DNA of 62,097 bases, filler included, from Choristocarpus tenellus KU-1152 (lineage: Eukaryota > Protista > Phaeophyceae): NCBI GenBank assembly GCA_964200185.2. It is 14 parts of 14 records of this genome, joined end to end, with 100 filler letters (N's around TTAATTAATTAA, not from the genome) between each part and the next. Parts side by side here need not be neighbours in the genome. Positions count along the whole stretch, not along the records: positions 31,177 to 39,259 come from CAXNAD020005177.1; positions 39,360 to 42,379 come from CAXNAD020022890.1; positions 42,480 to 45,234 come from CAXNAD020025018.1; positions 45,335 to 48,928 come from CAXNAD020019061.1; positions 49,029 to 54,426 come from CAXNAD020010919.1; positions 54,527 to 57,465 come from CAXNAD020023507.1; 8 more parts are not named here. One strand, given 5' to 3'. This document shows positions 38,095-54,588 of the stretch, in pieces. The notes under the pieces were generated by a model. It was not told where the DNA came from. It did not search any database and was given only the letters and a program-made list of their open reading frames with translations. The position numbers were made by a program, and so were the translations under genes. How positions within the stretch are numbered: position 1 is the first letter of the stretch; every line of letters starts with the position of its first letter.

Positions 38095-38700
38095 TCCTAA
38101 TGTACACCTTGAAGGAATCTGACTTCCAATGTCTTGCTTGCCGTGTGCTAGACTCCCCCACACCCTTAGTTGCCAACCGGTTGCACCCCCTACCCTCCCT
38201 GAGTGTAGAGCATATTTTCTTGGCTCTAGTCTTACATACCCTTACTGACTATCATGGGGAGTGTGATGTGTGGTTGCTTGCTCTCTCATCCACACGTTAA
38301 GTCTGCCCCCATCGCTGTATGCCATGACCAGGCTGCGTAATGGTAAGCTGTTGTCACTGTCCATTAGCTCACTCAGCATCACGATTGACGTCTCCCTCCC
38401 TTGCCTCCAGGTCCCTCCATGCTTTCTCTTGCCCCTGCTTCTCTGACATGCGGGTAATAACCATCCCTTCACCGTTTTGATCGCCCTTGAATGCCCTGAA
38501 TCTGACTTCTACCCTGTCTGCATTTGTGGAGGGTAACGACCAGTCGATGTTGACCACAAAAAGACGCAGTATCTGTGCGTGCCAATTTCCTTTTGGGATC
38601 TATCAAGTCATTTCTGTTTGCAAATGTCTCGTCTGGACAGCATAGGAGGTAGTAAGTTAATGCTGAACTGTCACTTGGATCCCACTGTCTACATATACTA
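38095..38700 (-). pseudogene. Tyrosine recombinase remnant of a DIRS/Ngaro-type retroelement
   Basis: Across frameshifts: ALTYYLLCCPDETFA, ADRVEVRFRAFKGDQNGEGMVITR, KYALHSGRVGGAT (HxxR) and RHWKSDSFKVYIR (GRWKSD...Y). Confidence 0.8.
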
Positions 38701-41102
38701 TGTCGTTGCAAAGAACTAATCTTCTTTCCCCCCCCCTACTGCCTCCCTTAGACTTTGACATATTCAGTAGTAGGTATCTCTGTTCGTACACCTTGGTTTG
38801 GGTCCTACTTGGTTGCTTCTACATGCGAGGGAATGAAGTCCTAGTCTGGAGGAAAATCCACTGAACTTTTAGATTTATTGCTCCTTGTGACAGAGAAGTA
38901 TTAGGGTGTGTACCACTACCCATGGTCTAACCACGGCGAAGGACAACTGTGGGAGTGGATGGTCCTATTTATTGTCATCGTCACATGTTTTGTAGATCCA
39001 TCATTTGCCAGATAACGAACAAGAAAGACATGATGTCATGACTTGAAAATTAGATGTGAGATGAGGTGATAATTTTTCATTCTTAACGTTCGGAAATTCG
39101 TCCACTAAAAAAAGGAGGCAGTGCTTGAGCTACAAAGCATCAGTGTTGGCAACGCCTTCAGCATGGAAAAGACGAAGTATTGTACTGCTTTCATATAAGA
39201 GGTAGGTCATCGATATCCGTTGAGTAGAGCAAAAGTTAGACCCAAAGTATCTGAGGGGGNNNNNNNNNNNNNNNNNNNNNNNNNNNNNNNNNNNNNNNNN
39301 NNNTTAATTAATTAANNNNNNNNNNNNNNNNNNNNNNNNNNNNNNNNNNNNNNNNNNNNGAATTTTGGAACCTATGATCGAACCCAGGGAGCCCGGATGG
39401 TCCTCGCAGATACTCTACCGGGTATGAACCCTGGGGATAAGGATTTGAATGATGAGGCTGAGGTTGGGGCTCGCAATGGGACAGTTACTACAAACAAGGC
39501 TGGGCAGGGGGACAGGTCTGCTGCTGGGCCTGTGGTTGGAGGTGACACTGACTGAGTCGCTGGGGGGTGGGGAGGGTGCCTGTTGTCCCAAGGTACGCAA
39601 CAAGCCTCACAAGAAGATATGTGTGTAAGGCACTCAAGGAGCAGGCACTGGTGCATTCCTCAAGAATATTGCTTTGACAGCTGTAAGTGGGAGTCGCTGT
39701 CCCCTTTGAGCCAGCCCAAGGAGAGGAAATTGTGAGGTAGAAGAAAATTTGACCTTGGTGAGATGCATGCCAAGTACATTTCCAGCAATAACCTCCTCAC
39801 CTCCCAGTTGTTCACATTCAAGACTGCTACTGGTAGCCAAGGACCCATACAATACCATGCAGCAGGGATTGTGCAGGGGGGATATGTGCAGAGAACGGAT
39901 ATTTTTTCATTGCAGTGAGACCCCCAAAAGGTGTGCTATACTTGCCACAGAAGTCAGTTCTACATGACCAGCAGACTCCAAGTACTGGAAGTGTGAGCCA
40001 AACTCTTTCTTCATAAGCCTCCCAAAGATGCAATGTGATCGGTTGCTTCACCCTCTCCTCTCCCCGCCCCCCCCACCTGGCAGCATGCCTTGTGATGGAT
40101 ATGCCATTTGTGGACCAGATGGAAGCATGGGAGAACATCCAATGTCGCCAACAGTGGAGGGCGGTTGGGGGCAGGCATTGTTATAAGAGGGAGGGGAGGA
40201 CTCTGCAAGTGCAGGGGACAGGGGAGGTGGTAGATGGGCATCAAAGGATGAAGACAGGGATCCCCATCATGGCTGCCCATGTTCCGCTTGCCTATTAGGA
40301 TCTGCAAAATGGGACAGAGGTGGTGGTCTTTGTTGTGAAAGGCCCTGTAGACAGCAAGTCCAGGCGGCAGTACTCTGGGCTGGATATGTTCCACTTGCTG
40401 TTTCCTCTGAAATGTTTAACCTTGTCTTCTCCTTCCTGTGGTCCTTGAAATTTTTCATGTTTGGTGTTTTGAGCAAGTGCAAGACAGGGCCTTGTTGTGA
40501 GACCGTCTCCTGCTTCACTTCTAAATGGCTCAGTCAGGACGCACCTTTGGTGGTGGCTTGCCTGTATGAACATCAATAGTGCTATGCATGAACACTGGCA
40601 TATGTGGTGCTATCCACAGTGGTATTGCGAAGGGTGAAAGCTCTTCATAATTGGGTATATTCTTTTTGTGCTGTGTGTGTGTGTGTGTGTTATTGTGTAT
40701 GCATTTGCAATGCTATTGAATTGGTGTTAGAAATGTGTTGTATTGTGAGTTTGGGGCTGCAACAGTGACAACCATGTGCATCTTGCCACAAAGGAGGCAC
40801 TTGACAATGGGGTTAAGGTTTCTTGTGGTGAGCAGGTAGGAATAGTAATTTGTGAGGCACTTTGGGGTTTGTCCTGTTAAGATGGAACTGCTGACTATCT
40901 CACTTGCCTTTCAGGTGTTACCTCCAAACCATTACATGCATTTCCACTGTTCAGACTATTTAAAGTTCTTGCTTCCTGGGAGCTAGTATAGATTTGAGAT
41001 CACTTCTTGATTTTATCGTGATTGAAGTCCCTATGAGCACAATGGAGGATCTCATCTTATCTTGTACTTAATTTACCCTCTTCATTTCGAACAATTGTGT
41101 CT

Positions 41103-41283
41103 GGCTCAAAATATCTGGGGGGGGGGTGGTTCCTGTCAATTTGGGGCCAATTTTTTCATGTCACGATTTTTGGTTGATTTGATCCCATACGTCAGATGGA
41201 TAATGAAAGCGTACTTTGCCTGGTTATGACCCAAATGGACACCCTGGTGTAGACCCCCCCCACACACACAGATGCTTTAGGTC
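41103..41283. mobile_element. MITE family B (~180 bp, poly-G TIR)
   Basis: GGCTCAAAATATCTGGGGGG ... CCCCCCCC..CAGATGCTTTAGGTC. Interior matches the reverse complement of 49037-49211 and the fragment at 54383-54426. Confidence 0.75.
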
Positions 41284-42725
41284 TTTGCAATACCTAGTGG
41301 AAGTTCATGGTTGCCTGCTGCTCTCCCAGAAGCTCTATGTACTTCTAAAGTAATGATGTAACCACAGTCACAACTCCAGTTGCATTGTCCAGTGAGGTTT
41401 CTCCCTTGCACACCTGTATCCCTCTCATAATGGATGCACCATGGACCTGGTTCAATATTGTAGAAGTTTTCTGTAGATATCCCTAACCCTATCCCTCACA
41501 TGAACAAATGTGAAACATAACACAAGCATGTAGGTCGAGCCCACTATTGTAGTAGTACAAGGTTTGCAACTGCTATCAAAAGTTAATCACAATCAAAAAT
41601 GGAGGGACATTAATACAGTGGGTTTGGCGATTGGGAGTCAAAATTGGAGTAATGAATTTAATATGTAATACTGAGTATCATGTCTGTAGGTATCCCTAAA
41701 CCAATCCCTCCAAGCATCGTTACAAAGCATATGTAATTCACCAGGTTGATTTCTAAAGTTGCAAAGTAGGAATAGAAAAGTGTACCTTGCAAACTCAAGG
41801 GATTATGTTTCTGACCCTAACCCTCAACCGTAACAAGGAAAATACTGCAATGTGAAAGTTTATGAAGTAACCTGAGTTTTGTGGGCGGAAGAATTCTGGT
41901 TGGTTGGGGGCACAGGACATGGGAGGGTAGTGGAAAGAAAAATAAGGAAACAAGAAGGGAACAAATAGTTAAGGAATGACTGGCGAAGAGAGGGGGAGAA
42001 AGGTTAAAAGAAATGAGTGTTAGGAAGAGGGAAGGGGAAGGATTTGATCAGTATCTAATAAGAGGGCTAAGAACCAGGGGTGCAGGACGAGGAGGTTGAG
42101 AACAAGACAACCTCCTAGCAAGCTCTCCCACCCACCTACCCTGTGGATTGCTCATGATCGGCAGGAACACTGGGAAAGGGGGAGGAGGTCAAGTTCGGGC
42201 GGGGTACGGTATGAAGTGGATCATGAAGGGGTGTTCTTGGATGATTGTGGGGTGGTGTTGGGTGGTGTGGGGTGAGTGGAGTGGGAACTGCTGTGGGGTT
42301 GAGGTGAGGGATAACTTGTGTGGGGTTGAAGGGTGGGGGGGGTGACTGGAAATAGGGGTGAAGGGGTCGACTGGTTGGTNNNNNNNNNNNNNNNNNNNNN
42401 NNNNNNNNNNNNNNNNNNNNNNNTTAATTAATTAANNNNNNNNNNNNNNNNNNNNNNNNNNNNNNNNNNNNNNNNNNNNACCCTCTGGTTGGATGGCCCC
42501 AGATGAAATACCTAGTGTAGGCCCGACACACACTCCACAGCAACTCCTTCCCCGCTTAACGCCACTAACACTTTTGGTTGGCAACCTTTAGACCCTACCC
42601 TCGAAGACAGGGTAGAAATAAAAGGAAAATCATGAGAAGAGAAGCCACCTTGCAAGAAACGGCGCACAAGTACACCAAGGCCAAAGAACAAGAGAGGCAG
42701 TGACAGATTTGTCCGAGTAAGTGAG

Positions 42726-44568
42726 GTGGTCCAATACCATCCCACTCTCGAGAGAGCAATGGCTACTCTTTCAGACGTGCCAGAGCTAGAGGAGAAGCAG
42801 AAGAAGGACCCCTTCTTGAGCAGCATGCGAGGTGTACTCGAAGGCCAAGAACAATGGAATTCGTCACCCGAGTGGGGAAAAGGGAGTATAGATGTGGACT
42901 CATATTCCCTAGATGATAAGGAGTTACTCTGGTACACCCCTGGAGAGTATGCACCTAGGCTAGCAGTTGCTCGTTCACTAGTGTCAGACATCATAGCACT
43001 AGTTCACCTGCAGACTAGTCACCAGGGAGTTGGACGCACAGTAGCCCTAACCCGTCGATACTTCTTTTGGCCCTCACTCCACAAAGACACGCAGGATCAT
43101 GATTTATCCTATGGCTGTGGCAGACGAAAGAGGACTAGGAGCGCACAAGTTGCAATGCTGCCAGCCAAGTTCCTGGAACCATGGGATGTACTCGACACGA
43201 ATCTACAAGATGTAGGACACATCTCAGCAAAAGGCAATAAGTATCTATTAATTGTGATTGATAGAGCTTCGAGATTCCCTTTTGCATTCCCAATGGCGTC
43301 GAAGGAAGCAACTGGAGTAGCAACAAACGTGTTAAAATTATGCCTCACATTTGGGATCCCTCTGTCAATTCGCAGTGATGCTGGAGGGGAATTCACAGGA
43401 GACATAATGAATCACCTTTGCCGTTGGTTGAAGGTCCCTATCAATTATGGATCAACCGGTAACTCGAGGGGACAAGGGGGAGTAGAAAAGATGGGAGGTC
43501 TGCTTTTAGAAGTCTTGTCAGAAGTATGTGTGAAGTGGCCAGATAGACGGGATGAGTATGTATCTCCGGCATGTTGGGCACAGCGCACTAGTCCAGATCC
43601 CTCTGACCCTCTCAACCCCACTCCCTTCCGAATCCTGTTTGGCCGTGACCCCCACACACAGCTGGACGCCGTCATACCGAAGTTGGATGGGGACATAGAT
43701 GTTGGAGGATCGAATTTCTTCACATAGAGGAACGAAGACAGAACTTCAGGGAGGTAAGAGAAGTCCTGGAGAGAAGGATGTCCGCTAGGCAGAGATAGAG
43801 AGAGAAAGTCAATGCTTTGATTACTAGGTCTTCCCCAGGACTAGGATCCAAGCCAGGTGACCTAGTTCTAGTGAAAGAAGCAGACAGCTCTACCTATGGA
43901 GAGAAATTAGGCCAGACAAGAGTAGGCAGGAAGCTAGTCCATGAAAGGTGGACAGGACCGTGGACTGTGAAGGAAATTTCACACTAGAGTAGTAGCATGA
44001 CAGTAGAACTGCTAGGTAGGCAAACGCGCATGCGTAATGTTCATGCTTCTTGTGTCAAACCCTTCCACGTAAGACCCATCCATTTGAGACATAGCTTCCA
44101 AGAGGAATATGCCAACTAGTGTGGGAGTCGGACCTGGGTCTAGCAGAGCAATCCGTGGTAGCAACCCCCATGTACACCCTTACAGATAGAAAAGCAGTAT
44201 TGTCGCCATCCAATGTATGGCACTGGGAGTACCGGCGAACGTATCAGAACGGAGAGATGTCAGACTGGGTCACCGAGAAAGAGGCTATGGGTAGCTTCAC
44301 CCCACTCCTGTTAGATGTCTTCCATGCCCTCTGGGGCCTCTATAATCCAGACACGAGCCCATGTCCTACTGACACCTCTCGCCAAGAAAAACCCTTCTCT
44401 AGAGAGGATGCATTACACCTTTTCCCCACAGGTACCACTGTCAAGAAGTCATGGAAAGACGAGAAGGGAAGGGATAAGTGGTACACAGNNNNNNNNNNGG
44501 TACAGTTTAATGATGAGGATTGGGAGGAAATGAACAAAAGCGAAATGAATCGTTTCTCCCAAAAATGA
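42726..44568 (+). mobile_element. Ty3/Gypsy pol C-terminus (integrase, GPY/F, chromo-like and Tudor-like tail), pseudogenised
   Basis: HHCC-like HLQTSHQGVGRT..RYFFWPSLH; core KGNKYLLIVIDRASRF, FGIPLSIRSDAGGEF, GQGGVEK; TPFRILFGRDP; WTGPWTV near 43949. Stops and frameshifts present; followed by 3' UTR, PPT and LTR start. Confidence 0.92.
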
Positions 44569-45234
44569 CCCACCAGGTAACCACTATGCATCCACAAGGC
44601 AAGGTACGTGAGGACTATCCGATTAATGTAAGAACACAGGAATCATTGACGGTCCTAGTCCCCACAGAACGTAAGACAGGAGAAGTCAGAAGCAGGAAGT
44701 AACCCATATCAGCCCAGGCAGTAGTTTATATAGGATGCTTTTGTTTCTTTCCCTTCCTACCCTTTTCTTTTCTTTTTGTTGTTTATCTCCTTGCTTCCCT
44801 GCTTTTTTCTTTTCTTTCTGTCAGCCCTGGTATCCCCGCATAACTGCACTTACTTTGCTGTACATTGCTTAAGTTCTTCCCCCTCCTTCCCTCCCTCCTT
44901 TCTCTTTTAATTTAATTTAATTTTATTTTCTCTTTTCGTTTTGATGGAGGCCGACGTTGATGTTATTGCCTGTGTTATGCACTAGCAGCCGTCAGTATGC
45001 TTCGTGCTGGGGGGCATGAGACAGGCAATAATCAGATGATACTTTCCCCCAGTAAGTCAAGGATAGACGTTGTGGACCTAAGTAGGAGAACGATATATTT
45101 TTTTCTCTCCCTCCCTTTTTTTGCAACAGGATGATCTGAGGTGATTGATAATATCTCTTGTCTTCACCGGTGAAAATCGCCTGTGGTAAGCGTGAAACAT
45201 GTATCGCTAGTTCACGCTGGGGGGCATGTTACAG
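44569..45234 (+). mobile_element. Gypsy 3' UTR, PPT (GGGGGGCA 45219-45226) and LTR start TGTTACAG (45227)
   Basis: Directly downstream of the pol stop. The same junction is seen at 30389-30405 and, on the minus strand, 45727-45710. Confidence 0.8.
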
Positions 45235-45454
45235 NNNNNNNNNNNNNNNNNNNNNNNNNNNNNNNNNNNNNNNNNNNNTTAATTAATTAANNNNNNNNNN
45301 NNNNNNNNNNNNNNNNNNNNNNNNNNNNNNNNNNCACTAATATAAACAAGGGGGTAGGGAAATGAATAACTATACCTCCTACAACACCCTGTGTACAAAT
45401 ATGGGATAATGGTGTGAAAAAAAAGGCTACTGTTAAAGATGGGAGATTACACCT

Positions 45455-45665
45455 AATGTTGATTTTGATGTAATTTTGACTATCGTGTTTGGCAGGAAGT
45501 GTCAATATCCTTGTTCTGGACACACCTTTTCATAGCGTACACATTTTACCTACTCCGACACATTTTGGAGTAGGAAAATGTTATGAAAAAAAACATGGGA
45601 AGCCAAGCCCCAAATGGACAAACGTGGCAAAACTCGTACCCTCCCTCTCTAAGATACTTTCACTC
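45455..45665. mobile_element. MITE family A, truncated copy abutting a Gypsy LTR start
   Basis: Family-A interior ending CTCTAAGATACTTTCACTC. Confidence 0.85.
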
Positions 45666-48530
45666 TGTTCGTGTTTGCTAAAACATGGGAAGAAATGCTT
45701 GCGCTATTTGCCTGTAACATGCCCCCCAGCGTGAACTAGCAATACATGTTTCACGCTTACCTCAGGCGATTGTCACCGGTGAAGGTAATAGATATCTTCA
45801 ATCACCTCAAATCATCCTGTGGCAACGAGAAAGAAAGAAGAAAAAAACACATGACTCCTACTAGGCCCAAAACATACATCCTTATCAACTTGGAAAAATC
45901 TGTCTGTACCTAGCCTAATCGGAGTATACATTTACTCTTTCTAAAGTACAGCTACCCTAAGATGCCAAGTATCATCTGATGATTGCCTGTCTCTTGCCCT
46001 CCAAGCACTAAACATACTGAGAGCTGCTAGTGCGTAATGCAGGCAATGACATCAACATCAGCACTAACAAGAAATAAATAAAAGACTGAAGAAAGAACAA
46101 GGAATTAAGGGGATCAGGTAACGATTCGGAAAAAGAAAAAAAATTAAGCAGGGGATAGTGAAAAAAAATGGAAAAAATTCCAAAAAAGGAGAATCCTAAA
46201 ATAAAACGAAAGAATAATATAAAATAAAAGGGGGAGAAAAAAAATTCCATGGAATAAAGGGGGTCAGGTACCTGAGGTACACAGAGAAAAAAAAAATCAA
46301 AAACACTAAATGACAACAAAAAAAATCAAAACATCTTACATAAATACTATCCGTTCTGATGTTGGTTACTTCATGGTTCCAACTTCTGCTGTCCTATGTT
46401 CCATGCAGGGACTACCTGTTTCATGCTTACCACAGGCAATAATCATTATCTGGATAGTAAATATCCATCACCTTAGATCATGCTGCGGTGACATGCATAA
46501 TTGCCATCTGGTAACATAGGGGCTTCAGTTCCGACTCTGCCAGTTGTTTCCAACATAGGGACTCCAGTTCCAAATTAAACAATGGATTCAAACAATGATC
46601 AACAATCCCTGGTTTCCTTTGAGAACGGATCCTCAAAAGGCTTAAGGCACAGTCAAGATCAAAATATGTCTGACTAGATAAGAGTATATACTTTTATTTA
46701 TAAAAAAACAAACCCCACCTAGCCCTAAAACAGGTCAACAAATATCCTTGTTTAACCTGGAAAATTTTTCCCAAGGGTCAGAGTGAAAGTATCTCAGAGG
46801 GTACTAGTTTTGCCCTGTTTGTCCATTTGGGGCTTGGCTTCCCACGGGATTTTTATGACATTTTAACTACTCCGAAATGTTTCGGAGTAGGTAAAACGTA
46901 TACGTTATGAAAAGGTGTGTCCGAAAAAAGGATACTGACACTTCCCAACAAACACGATAGCCAAAATTACATCAAAATAGCAACATTGGATTTTGGCCTC
47001 CAAATGGACGCTGCTCTACCCTCTAAGATAATTTGGCTCTCACAGAATACCATCAGAGTTAGATTGTCCCTGGCCTAGTCCGAGTATACATTTTCTCTTT
47101 CTGAAACACACCTTCAACATTTACAAAGTATCTGTGACATGACCTAAAATGAATGGGTCCCCAGTTCCAATCACTCTAATCACAAATGTGATTAATTTAT
47201 CCACGTTCCCTTCAAGTTGTCCATAAGGTCACACAATGCAATCTCCATTGAATTGTCTGGCCTAATCTGAGTATACGCTTGTTTCTTTTGAACTGGACCT
47301 TCAAAAGGTACAAAATACGTAGCTCTGATTGAGCATACAAGTCATGCGTCTTCCGTTCCAATCTTCCCGGTTATATAAATGCAAGTGCTATCAAGGATTA
47401 GACTTGTTTTATTAATGACCTACACAACACCTGATTATTGCCTGTCCTATGCCTCCCAAGCACAAAGCATACTCAAGGCTGCTAGTGCGCGAAACAGGCA
47501 ATGACAAAAATCAAGATAACTACATAAAGAAGGGATAATGAGAGCAATAAATAGTAATAATAAATAAAGAGAAACAACGTAAGTAAGAATAGAACAGTTA
47601 TAAATAGAAAATAAAAAATAACGTGTGGATGATGAGGGTAACAAAGTGGAAACTGAATAGTAAGGAAAATAAAATAAAAGCACAAAAAGTAGAAAGCATA
47701 AAAGAACAGAAAAAAGGTCAGTAATAAAGGAGACTAACAACTATGAAATGAATATGAAATTAAAAATGGGGGAAGATTGGATGAGAACCAATAATAAATA
47801 AACATTAGAAAAACAGAAGACATAGAAGATATAAAAATAGAGAATTCAAGGTCACAGAGAGTTGTTATAACATAGAAAAGAGGAAAATAAAACAAATAAA
47901 AATAAAAAGTAGTGAGTTCAGTGTTTATATTTTCTAAGGACGTATATTACTGTGTGCTCTAATGTTACCAGCTTCATTATAACTTCTGCTGTCTCACTTC
48001 CTTTCAGTTACTATGATTATCATTGCTTTAATCTCTTATTTTAGTATGTACCGGCTGAACCTCACCTTGTCCTTCAGGCATACAGTTGTTACCTGCTGGG
48101 AGGTTTTCTGGAGGAGGCAAGGAACTCATCTCTCTCCTGCTGAATTCCTCCTTACCTCCATGCTTCTATTATACCCTCCAGTGGGGTGACTTGAACTCAA
48201 AAACTGAACCCTGTGTCCTACCGGTCTCTTCAGCTTTCATCCTTCCACAATGTTTGACACTAGTGCCTATAGGGAAGAGATGTAACAAATCCTCTCGGCG
48301 CAAGAGTTGTTCTTGGGTGGGAACATTAGTTGGGCATGGTCTTGTGTTAGGGATGTGAAGATTCTAGAAGGCATGATGAACATCCAACTGTAGTATGGTA
48401 AAGCTGTTCATTTCTTCTGTTTAGTTACCTAGTCTGACAACTATCCATCTTAGAACTTTCCTTTGTACTCCAATGCCATTTGCTAAGGTCTGACAAGGGT
48501 ACATTGTTACTGCTCGATCTGAGTATTGGA
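45666..48530 (-). mobile_element. Second decayed copy of the Gypsy 3' half (pol tail, modular 3' UTR, PPT, LTR start)
   Basis: 48530-48100 translates to fragments MNSFTILQLDVHHAF..NTRPCPT..RREDLLHLFPIGTSVK, homologous to 44119-44568. PPT/LTR junction at 45727-45719. Confidence 0.8.
46781..47039. mobile_element. MITE family A, full copy with TCA target-site duplication
   Basis: GGGTCA|GAGTGAAAGTATCTCAGAGGGTA...TACCCTCTAAGATAATTTGGCTC|TCACAGAATACC. The homologous empty site GGGTCACAGAATACC is the reverse complement of 28666-28680. Confidence 0.95.
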
Positions 48531-49036
48531 ATGTTGACAAAAGGTACCCATGGTGACAGTGGTGATGGTTGGGAGCATTGACCTTGTATAAATGACCGTT
48601 CCCTCTGCTGTTGTCTACAAAACGTTGCTCCTAAAAATAATTTTGTAAGGCAGCCCCACCTTTATCCTACAACCCATATTGCGTACTTTTTCCTCTGGGA
48701 AAACGCTATTGGAAGTTGCATGACCTCAATACTAGCATTGGTAGAATATTGCACCCTCTGGGGTTTGCTGCGTTTAAGGTACCTTTGCCTGCCATGTTGA
48801 GCTGTGGTAAGCAATTTTCACAAAAATAGATGAGACCTGCACCTGTGTCAAGGAGTGTGCAAATTACCTTGGGAGGTAATGCTATTTGTTAGTAGTGAAG
48901 ATAAGAAGGTTTGAAGCCTCAAACGACCNNNNNNNNNNNNNNNNNNNNNNNNNNNNNNNNNNNNNNNNNNNNTTAATTAATTAANNNNNNNNNNNNNNNN
49001 NNNNNNNNNNNNNNNNNNNNNNNNNNNNTTCCTGTC

Positions 49037-49211
49037 GACCCAAAGTATGTGGGGGGGGGGGGTCTTCACCAAAGTGTCCATTTGGACCAACACCAGGAAA
49101 AGTGCACTTTCATTATCCATCCAACGTATGGAACCAAATCACACAAAAATCGCGACATGAAAAATTTAGCTCCAAATGGACAGCCACCACCCTCCCCAGT
49201 TACTTGGAGTC
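49037..49211. mobile_element. MITE family B, full copy
   Basis: GACCCAAAGTATGTGGGGG ... CCCCAGTTACTTGGAGTC; reverse-complement homologue of 41103-41283. Confidence 0.75.
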
Positions 49212-49397
49212 TTCGGTAACCCTTGCATCTCAGCCAAGAACTCTTCTTCAGCTTACTCAAAACATCTGCTACCACACACCACCTCCTTACCCATCTGACC
49301 TGACCTCATCAGTCACAGTACAACCCCCAACTCATCACATACAGAGTAGAACAAGAAACCGCATGTTTCACAAGCCTCTCCCTTACACTGTCCCTCA

Positions 49398-53796
<4,399 letters not shown>

Positions 53797-54526
53797 CTGA
53801 GGTTGCAGAGGGGGAGGGGTCAGAAATCAGGTAGAACAAGATGGTGAGACAGCGGAGAGAGGGGTGCCAGCTGCGAATACCTGAACAAACTGTCTGCTGT
53901 GCTTGGCGTGCCTGTAGGTATGCTGATGTTTCATCACAATATCGTCAACCACAGACCTCACATGTTCATCACGTGTATCAAAATGAAGGACAACAACAAG
54001 GCTATTCCTGTGCGTTTTGTGCTCTCATTCCTCCCTGCAATGGACTGTTGTAGAGGTAGCCACTGTGAAAGGAGATGTCTTTACTGGCCCTATATGCAAG
54101 AGCTCTACATCAAGGGCAACACCAAATCTGTTCAGTTTAACACCATTGTTAGGTCACTTGCTCTTACATAGAGGAGCCATAAGCTTCAGACTATACTTGC
54201 ACATAGTGTCCTTCAGACATAACCTCTTCATAAGTACATCTTCATGCACCATCCCTGTATGTAGAGCTAGACAGGACCAGAAGCAATTGGGGGATGCAGA
54301 GCTTGTTTTGAGCTCTGCATCGACTCTTGTATGGGGAAAAGAAAATTTCAATCTACTTGCAAGTCACTCGATCTAGGGATGAGACCAAAGTATTTGGGAG
54401 GGGGGGGGGGAGTCTACACCAGGGTGNNNNNNNNNNNNNNNNNNNNNNNNNNNNNNNNNNNNNNNNNNNNTTAATTAATTAANNNNNNNNNNNNNNNNNN
54501 NNNNNNNNNNNNNNNNNNNNNNNNNN

Positions 54527-54588
54527 TCGCAACATTGGATTTTGACCCCCAAATGGACGCGACTCTGCCCTCTAAGATACTTTGACTC
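54527..54588. mobile_element. MITE family A terminal fragment at contig start
   Basis: ...CCCTCTAAGATACTTTGACTC. Confidence 0.85.

Noticed and set aside
39360-40600. Several short ORFs as a gene or retroelement pol
   Set aside because: No motif or consistent exon chain could be recognised; probably a decayed element.
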